Counted from the first letter of the stretch, positions 46,334-56,530 are shown. The stretch: DNA of 64,000 nucleotides from a virus (IMGVR_UViG_3300009499_000008:15675-79674), one strand, 5' to 3'. The notes: a model not told the origin generated them from the letters alone. Translations and numbers: made by a program.

Positions 46334-49300
46334 AGGATAACATTAACTCCACATCATCTACTATAGTCGCTGGAGATTGTGTATCACTATAATGAGCTTC
46401 TAATTGAATTGTAGGTCCAGGTGTTCCAGTAGGTACTACTATGATTGGCGGTGTAGGTGCTGGCACTGGGGCTGGCACAGTTGGAGTCGCGGCAGCACCA
46501 GTAGTTGCTCCTCCTTTCATAATGAGAGGAAGCTCCATAATCTTTTCTAGGGTCTCCAATCTTTTCTTTTCTACTTCCAATTGTTCCTTCTCCAACTTTA
46601 GAGTAGCTTCTGTCATATCTTTTATAGATTGCATAAAGCCTAACTCTGTTTCTTTTTCATAGATTATATCCTGTATAACAGTCAGTTGATCTTTTAACAA
46701 TCTAATGCGCGCATCATAGTCTTGCTTAATGATCTCTGCATGAGTCTCAGCTAGGTCACGTATATCTTCCCACAGGGAAATTTCAGTCTCAAGGGCTATC
46801 CGAGTTTCAGTTTGTCGTAGACGTGCTAACTCTAACGCATCACGTGCGTTTTGGATTCTTGTCTCTTCTTGAAAAATTAAGTCTCCTATAGCTAAGAGTT
46901 CATCTTCTAACGCGCGAGTTCGCTGTTCAGCGAGTTCGTCGAAGGCATCGAGTCTACGCTGCGCCTGTTTGACTTCTTCTTCGGCCATTCGCCGTTGTTG
47001 CTCTAAAGCTATTCTAGCAGCCGTTTGTCTGGCCTCCTCCAAACGGAGATTTTCGCGCGCAAAAGTTACTCTATCTTCTTCTAAAGTGATGGCATCGACG
47101 AGCATTTGTAAACGTTCTCGTAAGGGTTCTAATTGTTCATCCAAGACATCTCGTATATCACGCAATCTTTCACGCTCGTTCTTAGTCTGTTTATTTAGAG
47201 CTTTCATCTCCTGCTGTCGGATGGCAAGTTGATCTTGCATGACAGCCGCTTGAGATTCCATTGTAAGGAATCTGGCAGAGGTAACACGCTGCAGAATCCG
47301 ATTACGCTGCTGCTCCATGAATATTTCATGGTTGACTATATCAAGACGCTTTCTATCGGTATCGATGATGTCTTGTAAAGCATCCCTTTGCTTTTCCAAA
47401 GCACGGAGATGTCTTTCGATTCGTTTCTGCTCTATCTCGGAGAGACGTTCCATCCTGTCAATTTGTCTCTCGATTTCCCTTCGCTGTCTCCGAAGCGGAA
47501 TCAATACCAGATCTGCATCGGCGCTGATCTGAGTGAAAGCATCTCGCAGAGGCCACAGGGCTTTATCTAGGGCGTAGACTTGATCTTCGATTCCTCGCAA
47601 GGATAATTCTGCCGCTTTATGGACATTCTCCAGAGATCGACGTTCGAGCGCGATCCGTCTTTGCAGCAAATCTAATTGCCGTTGTAGGGATCTCTCCTGT
47701 GCTCTTAGTGGAATGAGTATCTCAGCAGCAGAAGCCTCGACTCGTCGTAAAGCGAATTCATAAGGCTGCAATGACCTATCCAAGTCTTTGGAAATATCAT
47801 TGAGTAGATCGAGTTGTGCCTGTGCATTTTTGAGAGGTCCTTCAGCCAACTCTTCAGCAGCATCCGCCTCTCTCTGCAAGAGCACGATAGATCTTTGAAG
47901 CGATTTCTCCTGTTGCTGCAATGGGATAAGGACTAGTTGCGCTTTTAATCTTTGAGTCTCAAAAGACTTTTCTAAAAGGCTCAAATCAACATCGATTCGA
48001 CGAATCTGCGAATCAATTCCTTCAATCAGACCCTCTACAAAAGCTTCTCCTGTGCGTCTTCCTGCTTGTGCAGCCTCGTCTTCAACTTCTCCAAAGACTC
48101 TTCTAAACCATCGTACAAATTGTTCGGCAAGCTCTCGTTCGGGACCTACGAAGGGCCTCATTATAAGTGCCTTATTTATTCTCTCTAAGGAGTCAACGGC
48201 TTCATCTATAGGAGCACCTCGCAGATCTTTAATCAGTTTAATAACGCCACCAATTGCAATAGCAAGGGCGGCTAAACCCGCAACGACTAAACCAATCGTT
48301 GGAAGAGCAGCTGCCAATTTTGCAGCGAAAACAGCAAATCCAGCCGTCCTCAAACCAGCCAATAACACAACAGTAGCACTCGATACACTAAGAATAGCAC
48401 CAGCTAGAAGCGTTAATGTTGATATAGCTTTTTGAGCGTCTTTAGGTAATCCTCTCAACCACCTCGAAAAAGCATTCGCAGTTTTGAGAACTTCGATCCA
48501 AGAGGGAAGTAATGCCTCACCAAAGTTTTGTTGTAACTGTTTAACTTGAAAGTTGTATATTTCAAGTTGTCCCGTTCCAGACTCCAGTAGTTTATTTTCC
48601 ACGCCTTGTAATTTATTAGTTCGTTGTATAACCGCATTCAATATTGCTTGTCTGCGTTCCCGTTCTGTTAGAAGTTGTGCGTCCAATTCCATGCTTTTGG
48701 CGAGTGTATCAAACATTCGATTAGCACGTTGCCCCAAATCTAGCTGTCTCAACTGCCTCGGCGTCATATTTATGATGGCGTCAGTTAAGACCTCAGTGGC
48801 TCTTGCCCAGCTCAAAGTAGAAATCACAGATGCGCGGATACCAGCGAGCCTAATATCGGAGGCTTGAGTGAGATCAAGTTCGGCACTGATCAATCGAGCA
48901 ATTAATCGAGTAGATTCTCCTCTGGTTAAGTTGAGTTCTTGCAGTTCTGCTATTTCGGCTTCGATAAGGTCCCTATTGACACTCATGTTTTCGGTGAGTA
49001 CTTCTAACGCTACCGAGGATTTTTCAACGCCTAAAGATGCCTTCAAATTATTACTATTGAATTTTATAAGCGCCGCACTCACCACGCCTAATGCAATTCC
49101 TAGTGCATAATAAGCGCGTGCCTGCCTTCCCGACTCAGCGGTGGCCAAGGCTTGTTCAGCACGGGTAGTCGCCATTTGTGCTCTAAGTAACTTTAGTGCA
49201 TCTCTCTCTGATTTAAGTACAGGTAAACCAGCAGCTTGTGCCTTAGTAAGCCGTTCCTGCTTTATAGCGGCTCGTAGAGATTTTTCAGCAGTATCAACAA

Positions 49301-49406
49301 AAGATTTAGATGTACGTTTTACAGCCGTCTCAAAGCGAGCCACCTGTGTTTGCGCCCAAGCAGCGTTTTTTACTATAAAGTCTAAACCGAATGGAAGTAA
49401 AGCCAT
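46323..49406 (-). CDS. Tape measure protein
   Basis: 1027 aa helical, hydrophobic segment, between chaperones and Dit. Confidence 0.85.
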   Translation of the reverse strand: MALLPFGLDFIVKNAAWAQTQVARFETAVKRTSKSFVDTAEKSLRAAIKQERLTKAQAAGLPVLKSERDALKLLRAQMATTRAEQALATAESGRQARAYYALGIALGVVSAALIKFNSNNLKASLGVEKSSVALEVLTENMSVNRDLIEAEIAELQELNLTRGESTRLIARLISAELDLTQASDIRLAGIRASVISTLSWARATEVLTDAIINMTPRQLRQLDLGQRANRMFDTLAKSMELDAQLLTERERRQAILNAVIQRTNKLQGVENKLLESGTGQLEIYNFQVKQLQQNFGEALLPSWIEVLKTANAFSRWLRGLPKDAQKAISTLTLLAGAILSVSSATVVLLAGLRTAGFAVFAAKLAAALPTIGLVVAGLAALAIAIGGVIKLIKDLRGAPIDEAVDSLERINKALIMRPFVGPERELAEQFVRWFRRVFGEVEDEAAQAGRRTGEAFVEGLIEGIDSQIRRIDVDLSLLEKSFETQRLKAQLVLIPLQQQEKSLQRSIVLLQREADAAEELAEGPLKNAQAQLDLLNDISKDLDRSLQPYEFALRRVEASAAEILIPLRAQERSLQRQLDLLQRRIALERRSLENVHKAAELSLRGIEDQVYALDKALWPLRDAFTQISADADLVLIPLRRQRREIERQIDRMERLSEIEQKRIERHLRALEKQRDALQDIIDTDRKRLDIVNHEIFMEQQRNRILQRVTSARFLTMESQAAVMQDQLAIRQQEMKALNKQTKNERERLRDIRDVLDEQLEPLRERLQMLVDAITLEEDRVTFARENLRLEEARQTAARIALEQQRRMAEEEVKQAQRRLDAFDELAEQRTRALEDELLAIGDLIFQEETRIQNARDALELARLRQTETRIALETEISLWEDIRDLAETHAEIIKQDYDARIRLLKDQLTVIQDIIYEKETELGFMQSIKDMTEATLKLEKEQLEVEKKRLETLEKIMELPLIMKGGATTGAAATPTVPAPVPAPTPPIIVVPTGTPGPTIQLEAHYSDTQSPATIVDDVELMLSYAR

Positions 49407-49624
49407 TATTTCCGGGCCTCTGTGTCAATCATATTTTTCAGCCTGTAATGCGCCACGATCTGCGCCTTCTCTACTTGTGAAAGTCGTTGAAACTCGTGCC
49501 AAGGAGTAAGCGCAAATCTGGCGGCTTCTCTGTATTCATAGTTTCGACTATATCGAATCTCCGGTCCCTTCTGAATCGTCTGCTGTAGATGCCTGATCGA
49601 TGTCCCGTTTACGCTCACGTTGAA
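49406..49624 (-). CDS. Tail assembly chaperone C-terminal extension (frameshift product)
   Basis: No SD; overlaps upstream ORF in +1 frame; W.EF..L...EKA.IVA. Confidence 0.6.
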   Translation of the reverse strand, partial: FNVSVNGTSIRHLQQTIQKGPEIRYSRNYEYREAARFALTPWHEFQRLSQVEKAQIVAHYRLKNMIDTEARK

Positions 49625-50156
49625 ACCGGGCTATTGCGGCTGCAACTTCCTCCTCGGAGACTCCAGAAAGTCGCATACTCTCCTCTTGAAGTTTTACTAA
49701 ATCATTCGTAGAAATAGCCACACGGTATCGCAACCAAAGAAGTCTTCGCAAAGTCTTTTTCGTTGGGATCTCTATACCCAGATCAGAAAGTTCCTCTTCC
49801 CACTCGTCGTCTTCCTCGTAAGCGACGACATCAGATGGGAGCTGTAAGACTTTGATGCCCCGCAGGAGCGTCAAGTTAAGCATAGCATCACTAAGTACTT
49901 TGTCGCGTTCTTCCACAGCGGTCAAGTAGTCTGGATCGCTCAAATTTGCCTCTCTGATCATTTTACCTCTGACGTCTGTTTCGAGGATTGGAGGCTTCGG
50001 CTCTGGATATTGGGAGAATAGGGCTTGCAGCACCATATCTGGCACAGGCTTCGCTTCTACGATAGCACCGCTCACTAAAGTGAGCACAGATTTCTCTGCT
50101 TCTTGTCCCTCTTTATCGAGGACTTTCCCAGCAAGTTCATCAGCAATACGACTCAT
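49548..50156 (-). CDS. Tail assembly chaperone
   Basis: AAGGAGG SD; between tail tube and TMP. Confidence 0.75.
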   Translation of the reverse strand: MSRIADELAGKVLDKEGQEAEKSVLTLVSGAIVEAKPVPDMVLQALFSQYPEPKPPILETDVRGKMIREANLSDPDYLTAVEERDKVLSDAMLNLTLLRGIKVLQLPSDVVAYEEDDEWEEELSDLGIEIPTKKTLRRLLWLRYRVAISTNDLVKLQEESMRLSGVSEEEVAAAIARFQRERKRDIDQASTADDSEGTGDSI

Positions 50157-50174
50157 TTTTCCTCCTTACTTATT

Positions 50175-50201
50175 GGGGGCGAGGCTTTCGACCCCACCCC
50201 C
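50175..50201 (-). terminator. GC-rich hairpin after tail tube gene (attenuator or mRNA stabiliser; no U-tract)
   Basis: GGGGGTGGGGT-CGAAA-GCCTCGCCCCC. Confidence 0.5.
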
Positions 50202-50210
50202 GTATCAAAT

Positions 50211-51719
50211 TTATCCCTCACCTACAACAACTATCCCGTCCAAAAGTGTTCTGTAGCCGCCAGCCAAAACAAAATTCGGATCTCTGCAAACCGCGAGTTC
50301 AGTGATTGCAAGATTGTCGGGGATAGAAGAAGCTTCCTCCTCCGGAACGATGTACCACGAATTGCCATTATCAAGGCTCCGCAGTATCCTCCCGTCGCTG
50401 GTTGCGCTTGGCGGCGTGCCAACCTCATCAAAAGCATAAGCCATATAGAGCACTGAAGAGTTGACATAACCATAAGAAACGATGTCGAAGACGATACCGT
50501 TTCCGTCGCCAGGGAATTCCTTTCGTACCCAAGCTCCAGCCGCGTTTAAGGTATAGTATTGAAAACCATCTGCGCCACCAGTTAACCAGTGATACGGAGT
50601 TCGCATCCAAATGGTATGAAGATCCGAGGCAGTAGGCGATGTAGCCGCCGCAGCCCAAGTAAGACCGCCATTGAGTGTGACCACGACCGCACCATTTTCG
50701 CCGACGGCCACGATATTTCGCCCAGTCGCAGCGTGAACATCCAGAAGATTCTCTCCACCAGCAGCAACACCCGCATCCTGCACTTCATAAGCTGCGGCAG
50801 AAGTGATGTTATCTGTAAAGTAGATATAGCCATTTTGCCCAACGATCCAAATCTGTGTCGGAGAGATTGCAAAGATTGCCAAAGGCAACGCTCCGACTTC
50901 GAATACATTGGGTACTTCGGTCCAAGTGTCGAGATCAGAAAGCTCTGCATAGTGCAATCCCGTAGAACCATTCGAGACTATAGCTACGCGACTCCCGACA
51001 CAAGCCATCCCTGAGACATCTGCGTCATGGAGCGTGTCTATATCCCACTCGTTCCAGGTCAAGCCCTTGTCTAGAGATTCAAGTAGCTCAGGAAGATCAT
51101 AAGGAGAGCCTGCAACTGCTGCTGTAGCAGCCAGTAGCCTTCGACAACCCTCAGATTCCCAGCCACATTCGCCACAGGATAAGTCGTCACAGACGGCTAC
51201 AGCCAAAACTGGCGTGTCTGTTTCATCACCAGCGCGTTCAGCGTAAGTCATTCTTCTGATGAAGATGCGCGTCCAAGAAGTTATTGCTGCAGTGAGCATA
51301 ATCAAAGCCTCATCAGCAGGCTCCAAAGAGGAAAGTTCATCTGAAGATTCCTCCGTGAGTCCAGAACGCTCGAACTTGATGATTATCTCCCACCCTCTAT
51401 TGAAATCTGTGGGATCAGCACATCTTCCATAGTGCACATCCAAATCAAAATCGCATTCTTGTTCAAGAATTTCATTGACAAGCCCAAATCTAGCATCCAC
51501 AGATGTAGTGGGAAGTCCACCTTCACCTCTGATTACGTCTACCACCTCATATCGTCCATACGCTTCAGGAGAGGGACAATACACAGGTGTTAAATCACCA
51601 TGAGACTTAGTATAACCTCCAACTCTTGCACAACCGAGATAGATATTGTTATGAGCAGGATTTCGATAGGGCTGAATAAAAGCCCTTCCTTGCCCTCTTT
51701 TCCAGTAAATGTCTGTCAT
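50211..51719 (-). CDS. Major tail (tube) protein with C-terminal BNR/YCF48-like beta-propeller
   Basis: Position; S.D.G.TW repeats; AGGAGG SD. Confidence 0.7.
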   Translation of the reverse strand: MTDIYWKRGQGRAFIQPYRNPAHNNIYLGCARVGGYTKSHGDLTPVYCPSPEAYGRYEVVDVIRGEGGLPTTSVDARFGLVNEILEQECDFDLDVHYGRCADPTDFNRGWEIIIKFERSGLTEESSDELSSLEPADEALIMLTAAITSWTRIFIRRMTYAERAGDETDTPVLAVAVCDDLSCGECGWESEGCRRLLAATAAVAGSPYDLPELLESLDKGLTWNEWDIDTLHDADVSGMACVGSRVAIVSNGSTGLHYAELSDLDTWTEVPNVFEVGALPLAIFAISPTQIWIVGQNGYIYFTDNITSAAAYEVQDAGVAAGGENLLDVHAATGRNIVAVGENGAVVVTLNGGLTWAAAATSPTASDLHTIWMRTPYHWLTGGADGFQYYTLNAAGAWVRKEFPGDGNGIVFDIVSYGYVNSSVLYMAYAFDEVGTPPSATSDGRILRSLDNGNSWYIVPEEEASSIPDNLAITELAVCRDPNFVLAGGYRTLLDGIVVVGEG

Positions 51720-51730
51720 TTTATAACCTC

Positions 51731-52921
51731 CTAAGTTAAGGCGTATCCTACGCCCAAGTATTGCGAAACTATCAACCATGCCTCCCAAGCCCCGTTTTTA
51801 GGCCCAAATGGAGCTGTTAGCTGCTCAAAAGCGACGGGGCGTTCTGGCCGAGATTGCCATTCTTCTGCCAACTTCTCAGCTCCTCCACATCCACATATCG
51901 GTTCGGTAAGCAGCGCAGTTGCGAGGGCTGCCACAGCTCTATCAAAGGGCGCAGACATCCAACCTTTAAAATCTACTGGAAATCCTGCCCTATAATAGAG
52001 ATTAGCATAGTAAGCCTCATCTGTGATATTGAAATATGCAGCCTGCCATTTCGATGTAACACTGTCCCATACTGCAGGGACTGGTGTAACAATCCCCAGA
52101 TTCGGATTTCTTGCCCTCAGCACTCCAAATGCTGTTGCGAAATTTATCATAGTACTTCTCTCCCATTCAAAAACTATGGGAGCAAAACTTGTTCCAACTT
52201 CCGATGTATGAATATCATACACGAGCACTTCCTCTAAAAAATTGAGCGGATTATCGCCGTCTATGACAGCCCCATCATTCCAAAGATGAGGATGCACAAA
52301 TTGCGCACTATGTCCTTCAATCACTATCTGTGTACTCGTAAGTGCTATCTTGAGTCCACGAATACGTTCGACTTCATCTGTGTTAGTCGAAGGAAAAACA
52401 CCGATTCTTTCCTTGGTCAGCAATGTATTCGCATTGATATAAGGAACAACGACTCTAGCAGTTTCAGGAAAACCATCACCAGTTAAATCGAGGAGATGTA
52501 CTATATACCAACCACCAATTGCATCTATTTTCTTTCTTCCACCCTCTATAAAATAGCCGTATCGCGTCGTAATCGTCTTTCGTCGATCTTGATTTTGCGC
52601 TGGATAATATATCGTTCCATAATTAGTCAGTACTCTATCCTGTCTTGGATAAATATGCCTCTCAGCTTCAAACCATTGTGGAGCTGGTGAAAATTCGACC
52701 TCATTCAATATCATCCGTTCAGCCTGTGCAAGGGCGCGCGCCAACCCCTCTCTAGAAGCTTTGCCTTTATCCATCCAATCATATTGATACCAAATGGATT
52801 CACAATGTGATACCACAGGGAAAGCAAGACATCTCACTTGATTGAAATGTCTAGGATCAAGCCCTAGAATTTCTGCATAATGATCCAGGCTTAACAAAGT
52901 AGGCGTATCTGCTCTAGCCAT
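51731..52921 (-). CDS. Head-tail adaptor/connector-like protein
   Basis: Position; AL.QAE.MI, Y.AG, A..ALA. Confidence 0.6.
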   Translation of the reverse strand: MARADTPTLLSLDHYAEILGLDPRHFNQVRCLAFPVVSHCESIWYQYDWMDKGKASREGLARALAQAERMILNEVEFSPAPQWFEAERHIYPRQDRVLTNYGTIYYPAQNQDRRKTITTRYGYFIEGGRKKIDAIGGWYIVHLLDLTGDGFPETARVVVPYINANTLLTKERIGVFPSTNTDEVERIRGLKIALTSTQIVIEGHSAQFVHPHLWNDGAVIDGDNPLNFLEEVLVYDIHTSEVGTSFAPIVFEWERSTMINFATAFGVLRARNPNLGIVTPVPAVWDSVTSKWQAAYFNITDEAYYANLYYRAGFPVDFKGWMSAPFDRAVAALATALLTEPICGCGGAEKLAEEWQSRPERPVAFEQLTAPFGPKNGAWEAWLIVSQYLGVGYALT

Positions 52922-53146
52922 CTAACCCTCCAAAACCACAAAATCAGACAAATGATTAAAATAATCCCTGTCACGAGCCTTGACTAATTTAGTTGCATTT
53001 GCACCACCACCGAAACGATAGATGCCCCCTGTTGGAGTTTTGTAAGTTCTAGATCCCAAAAGAGTTCCCGTATACTGAACGGTCAATAATCCGTCAGTAT
53101 TCCTCGACTTTGGATTATTCAATTTTTTCCTGCATCTACAGCCCAT
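52922..53146 (-). CDS. Small head-module protein (shared domain copy 3)
   Basis: MGCRC; YTG...GSRTYKTPTG..YRF. Confidence 0.75.
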   Translation of the reverse strand: MGCRCRKKLNNPKSRNTDGLLTVQYTGTLLGSRTYKTPTGGIYRFGGGANATKLVKARDRDYFNHLSDFVVLEG

Positions 53147-53379
53147 TACACCACCTTGAACTGATCTAATTGCTGAGTGAAATAATAAACATCATCTTTC
53201 AGAACGGAAAATGTTGTGCGATCCTTTCCATCAAATCTATATCGATTTCCAAGGGGTGTATTCACTGTTCTCGAACCTCGGTTATCTCCAATATATTCAA
53301 GAATTACGATAGTCCGTCCTCGCAAATCTGGAGGCCGACTCCTCAGACTAGAAAGGTTTTTCCTACAACCACAACCCAT
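53146..53379 (-). CDS. Small head-module protein (shared domain copy 2)
   Basis: MGCGC; YIGDN.GSRT..TPLGNRYRFDG. Confidence 0.75.
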   Translation of the reverse strand: MGCGCRKNLSSLRSRPPDLRGRTIVILEYIGDNRGSRTVNTPLGNRYRFDGKDRTTFSVLKDDVYYFTQQLDQFKVV

Positions 53380-55956
53380 CTACTGAACCTCGACAACTTG
53401 AAAATCCAACATTCGTTCAAAAAAGTGTGCATCCTTGACAGGAACCCAAGATTCGCGTTTACCACGACCATCAAATCTATAACGATTTCCCAGAGGAGTC
53501 TTATAAGTCCGTGCTCCCATGTTATCCCCTGTGTATTTGATTAATACTTTCGTTGGTTTTGGCACATCCTTTTTCTCTGTTTTCTTATGGCCCAATAAAG
53601 GATCTCCAGGCAGTATTACTAATCCAGATTCTTTAGGAGGCAGCGCCTCTAAAGTAGCATATCTCTGTCTGAACTCCTTCATCAATTCTGGAGCGTTGTC
53701 GAGACACTCTTCTCTCCTCTTTCCACTCTCATAATGATAAGAAAACAATGACTCAGGAACTCTTATTCCATGATAACCTTTATGAGCTAATTGTACAGTG
53801 TAATCCCAATCTTCCCAGACAGGAATATCCTCATTGAATCCACCAACTTCGTCAAAAGCTTCCCTTGGATGAAGAAAAGTGATGACGAATAAAGCCTGCT
53901 TTTTTAGCCGCTCAAAGTCCCACGCCTCCGCCTTATGAATTTTTCCTTCTGGTAACGATACCCAGTCTGTATAGATAATAGATTTTGGTCTGACGGCAGC
54001 AACCTTTAAAGTCTGCCGCAAAAAGTGCTTGTCTAATTCATCATCTGCGTCTAAGAAGAGTAGGCACTTCCCTCGTGCATGTTGCACACCCAAATTTCGT
54101 GCAGCACTGACGTTACCGTACTTTCTTTTTCTCCGCCAAATTATAAATGGGTAACGCTCAACATAAGGTATTATACCATACTTTTTGATTTTCCCCAAAG
54201 TTGTATCGTCTACTACAATCAGTTCCCATCTTGAATCAGTCTGTGCCTTCACCGATTCGATGGCCTTCACCAAAACTTCTTCGTGTCCATCACCGACAGG
54301 AATGATAATGGAAACCAACGGCTGGTCGTAACTGAACACAGGGTGAGAGTAGTTTTTTGGAGTTGCAACGCTGGCAAACGGCTGTGGCCCACCATTAGCA
54401 GCGGAAATATAATTCAACCAGTTAGGTTCTTTCTCTTTTGTTTTGTTAGAGACACTATCTTTATGAATACGATAGATCATCGTCGGTGCTTGTGAGGCGT
54501 GTATGGAAGTGAAACCACATAGCCCGATATTAGTCCACAATTCGGCATCTTCCCCAAGTGTGAAATGAGTTTTGTACCCTCCAGCCCTGAAAAAAGCGTC
54601 TCGACGAAGCAGGTTACAAGAGGGTACTTGATTTCGTCTCTGTAACTGCGCGGCGAAATCGAAGCCGTTGGGCCAACTTCCTCTGACAGATCCACGGGGG
54701 GTGTGAAGCTCAAGACTGCCAAAGGAGATCCCTATAGAACGATCCTCTAATAAGGGAGGGAGCAGTGTTTCCAAGAACTTCTCTTTCAAAGTATCGTCAG
54801 CATCTAAAAAGCACAAGAACTCGCCCTTGGCCTCCATCGCACCCCTATTCCGTGCGTTCGCTACTCCACGGTTGGACTGTGCTAGGACTTTAAATTTTGG
54901 GTCGTGATCGACGGCCTCGTTAATTTTTATTAAGGAATCATCTTTAGAACCGTCATCGATTATCAGACATTCCCATCCAGTAAAAGATTGTGCTTTTACG
55001 GAATTGATAGCGTCCACGACGTAATCGGCATAATTGTAACAAGGGATTATTATTGTAATCTGTGGGCCTTTATGCTCTTTTAGTGCTGACTCATAGACTT
55101 CGACGTATTTGGGGATAATGTCTTTCCAGTCATGTTTTAAGGCTTCTTGTCGAGCGGCTTTGGACAATCTGTCAAAGTTTTCGATACAGTAGCGTAGTCC
55201 TGTCACAGTGTCAGTATAGTCATCTGGCTTGGCTAGATAACCCGTGACTTTGTGTTTGACCAATTCGACTGCATTCCCCCAAGCCCAGGCCAAGACGGGC
55301 ATTCCTGCTGCGAAGGCTTCGAGAATCCCAATCCCAAACGTCTCTTTTGTCGATCCAAAGTAGATACCATTCTTGTAGAGAATTTCCTTCATAGTCTCAT
55401 AGGGTTGAAGACCCAGCACGTCTAAATTTTTGGCTGGGGAACCGAAAGTGGACAGAAACTTCACATCAGGGCATAGGGTAGCCAGTTTCTCTACGGGCGC
55501 GGGAGTACAGACAGCATCCACTCGATTTTTATTGAACACAACAGTCATTGATTTATTTGTGGAAGGTTCTTCCCACTCATCAAGATTAATTCCATGTGGC
55601 ACGATGATTGGGCAGAATCCCATATCTCTGATGAACATCTCTCCGACCCACGGGGACGGGACTGTAACCTTTTTTACTTTTCGAACTGCCTCGATTATTC
55701 TTTTGTTAGATTTCGACATCCACCTTGGAAGAGAAAACTCGCCCGTGGGATAGAGGCCATGATTGTGGAGAACGTGAGGTATTGTATCAGCGAAGGGCAA
55801 AACATGCGCGGCCAAGATTTCCGCTTCTAGAGGACCCTCAACGATTTCTACAGATTTTGGTAAGTGACGCCTTTGCTCAATTACGACGCGTTCGACCCCT
55901 GTGATGGACTTTTGTGAGGGATCAATAGTTGGTGTAGGACTAAGGAAGAGTTTCAT
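53380..55956 (-). CDS. Trifunctional glycosyltransferase GT4+GT2+GT2 with C-terminal shared domain
   Basis: ETFGIGILEAFAAGMP; IIIPCYNY..DDGS..LDADD; IIIPV..DD..LDADD..WEDWD; YTGDNMGARTYKTPLGNRYRFDG. Confidence 0.88.
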   Translation of the reverse strand: MKLFLSPTPTIDPSQKSITGVERVVIEQRRHLPKSVEIVEGPLEAEILAAHVLPFADTIPHVLHNHGLYPTGEFSLPRWMSKSNKRIIEAVRKVKKVTVPSPWVGEMFIRDMGFCPIIVPHGINLDEWEEPSTNKSMTVVFNKNRVDAVCTPAPVEKLATLCPDVKFLSTFGSPAKNLDVLGLQPYETMKEILYKNGIYFGSTKETFGIGILEAFAAGMPVLAWAWGNAVELVKHKVTGYLAKPDDYTDTVTGLRYCIENFDRLSKAARQEALKHDWKDIIPKYVEVYESALKEHKGPQITIIIPCYNYADYVVDAINSVKAQSFTGWECLIIDDGSKDDSLIKINEAVDHDPKFKVLAQSNRGVANARNRGAMEAKGEFLCFLDADDTLKEKFLETLLPPLLEDRSIGISFGSLELHTPRGSVRGSWPNGFDFAAQLQRRNQVPSCNLLRRDAFFRAGGYKTHFTLGEDAELWTNIGLCGFTSIHASQAPTMIYRIHKDSVSNKTKEKEPNWLNYISAANGGPQPFASVATPKNYSHPVFSYDQPLVSIIIPVGDGHEEVLVKAIESVKAQTDSRWELIVVDDTTLGKIKKYGIIPYVERYPFIIWRRKRKYGNVSAARNLGVQHARGKCLLFLDADDELDKHFLRQTLKVAAVRPKSIIYTDWVSLPEGKIHKAEAWDFERLKKQALFVITFLHPREAFDEVGGFNEDIPVWEDWDYTVQLAHKGYHGIRVPESLFSYHYESGKRREECLDNAPELMKEFRQRYATLEALPPKESGLVILPGDPLLGHKKTEKKDVPKPTKVLIKYTGDNMGARTYKTPLGNRYRFDGRGKRESWVPVKDAHFFERMLDFQVVEVQ

Positions 55957-56515
55957 CTTTCTCCTTTAACATAGAATGTTTATAAACCCATGAGATCCAC
56001 ATTAAGAATTCATCTTGTGTCATAGTATTTTTCGCTTTATTACACGTACTGCAGCAAGGCACGACATTATCGATTTCATAGCCGCGCTCATTATCTACTC
56101 GATCTAATCCATTGAAAGAGCATAGCCCATTATATACTGAACTTGATCGTAAAGAGGGTGCTGCACCACAATAATAACATGGTTGGGATGAAAGTTCCTC
56201 AACCTGATCGGCTGTTAGACTCCAAACGTAATCTCTTTGTTTTGCTGAATGCTTCAATATAGTGATTAAGCGATTAAGCGTCGCAACTTTATTGGACAAT
56301 TTACGTGTCTTGTTATATGCTTTTGTTCTCTCATTCCTTAAGCAACCACAACTTTTAGTGGAGCCGTCTCGAAGGCTACTTCCGCGTATAATAACTTCAT
56401 TACCACAAGTGCAATGGCATAACCACATAGCTGCTTTATGCTTATACCCTACTTGCTGTAATATAGTCAGCCTTCCATATTGATTGTCAATCTCATTAAT
56501 AACTGACCGTCCCAA
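55940..56515 (-). CDS. Free-standing HNH endonuclease
   Basis: YGRLT, WLCHCTCG, TKSCGC, CYYCG, GLDRVDN..GY...NVVPCC..CN. Confidence 0.88.
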   Translation of the reverse strand: MGRSVINEIDNQYGRLTILQQVGYKHKAAMWLCHCTCGNEVIIRGSSLRDGSTKSCGCLRNERTKAYNKTRKLSNKVATLNRLITILKHSAKQRDYVWSLTADQVEELSSQPCYYCGAAPSLRSSSVYNGLCSFNGLDRVDNERGYEIDNVVPCCSTCNKAKNTMTQDEFLMWISWVYKHSMLKEKDETLP

Positions 56516-56530
56516 TATAACCTCCTTCTC

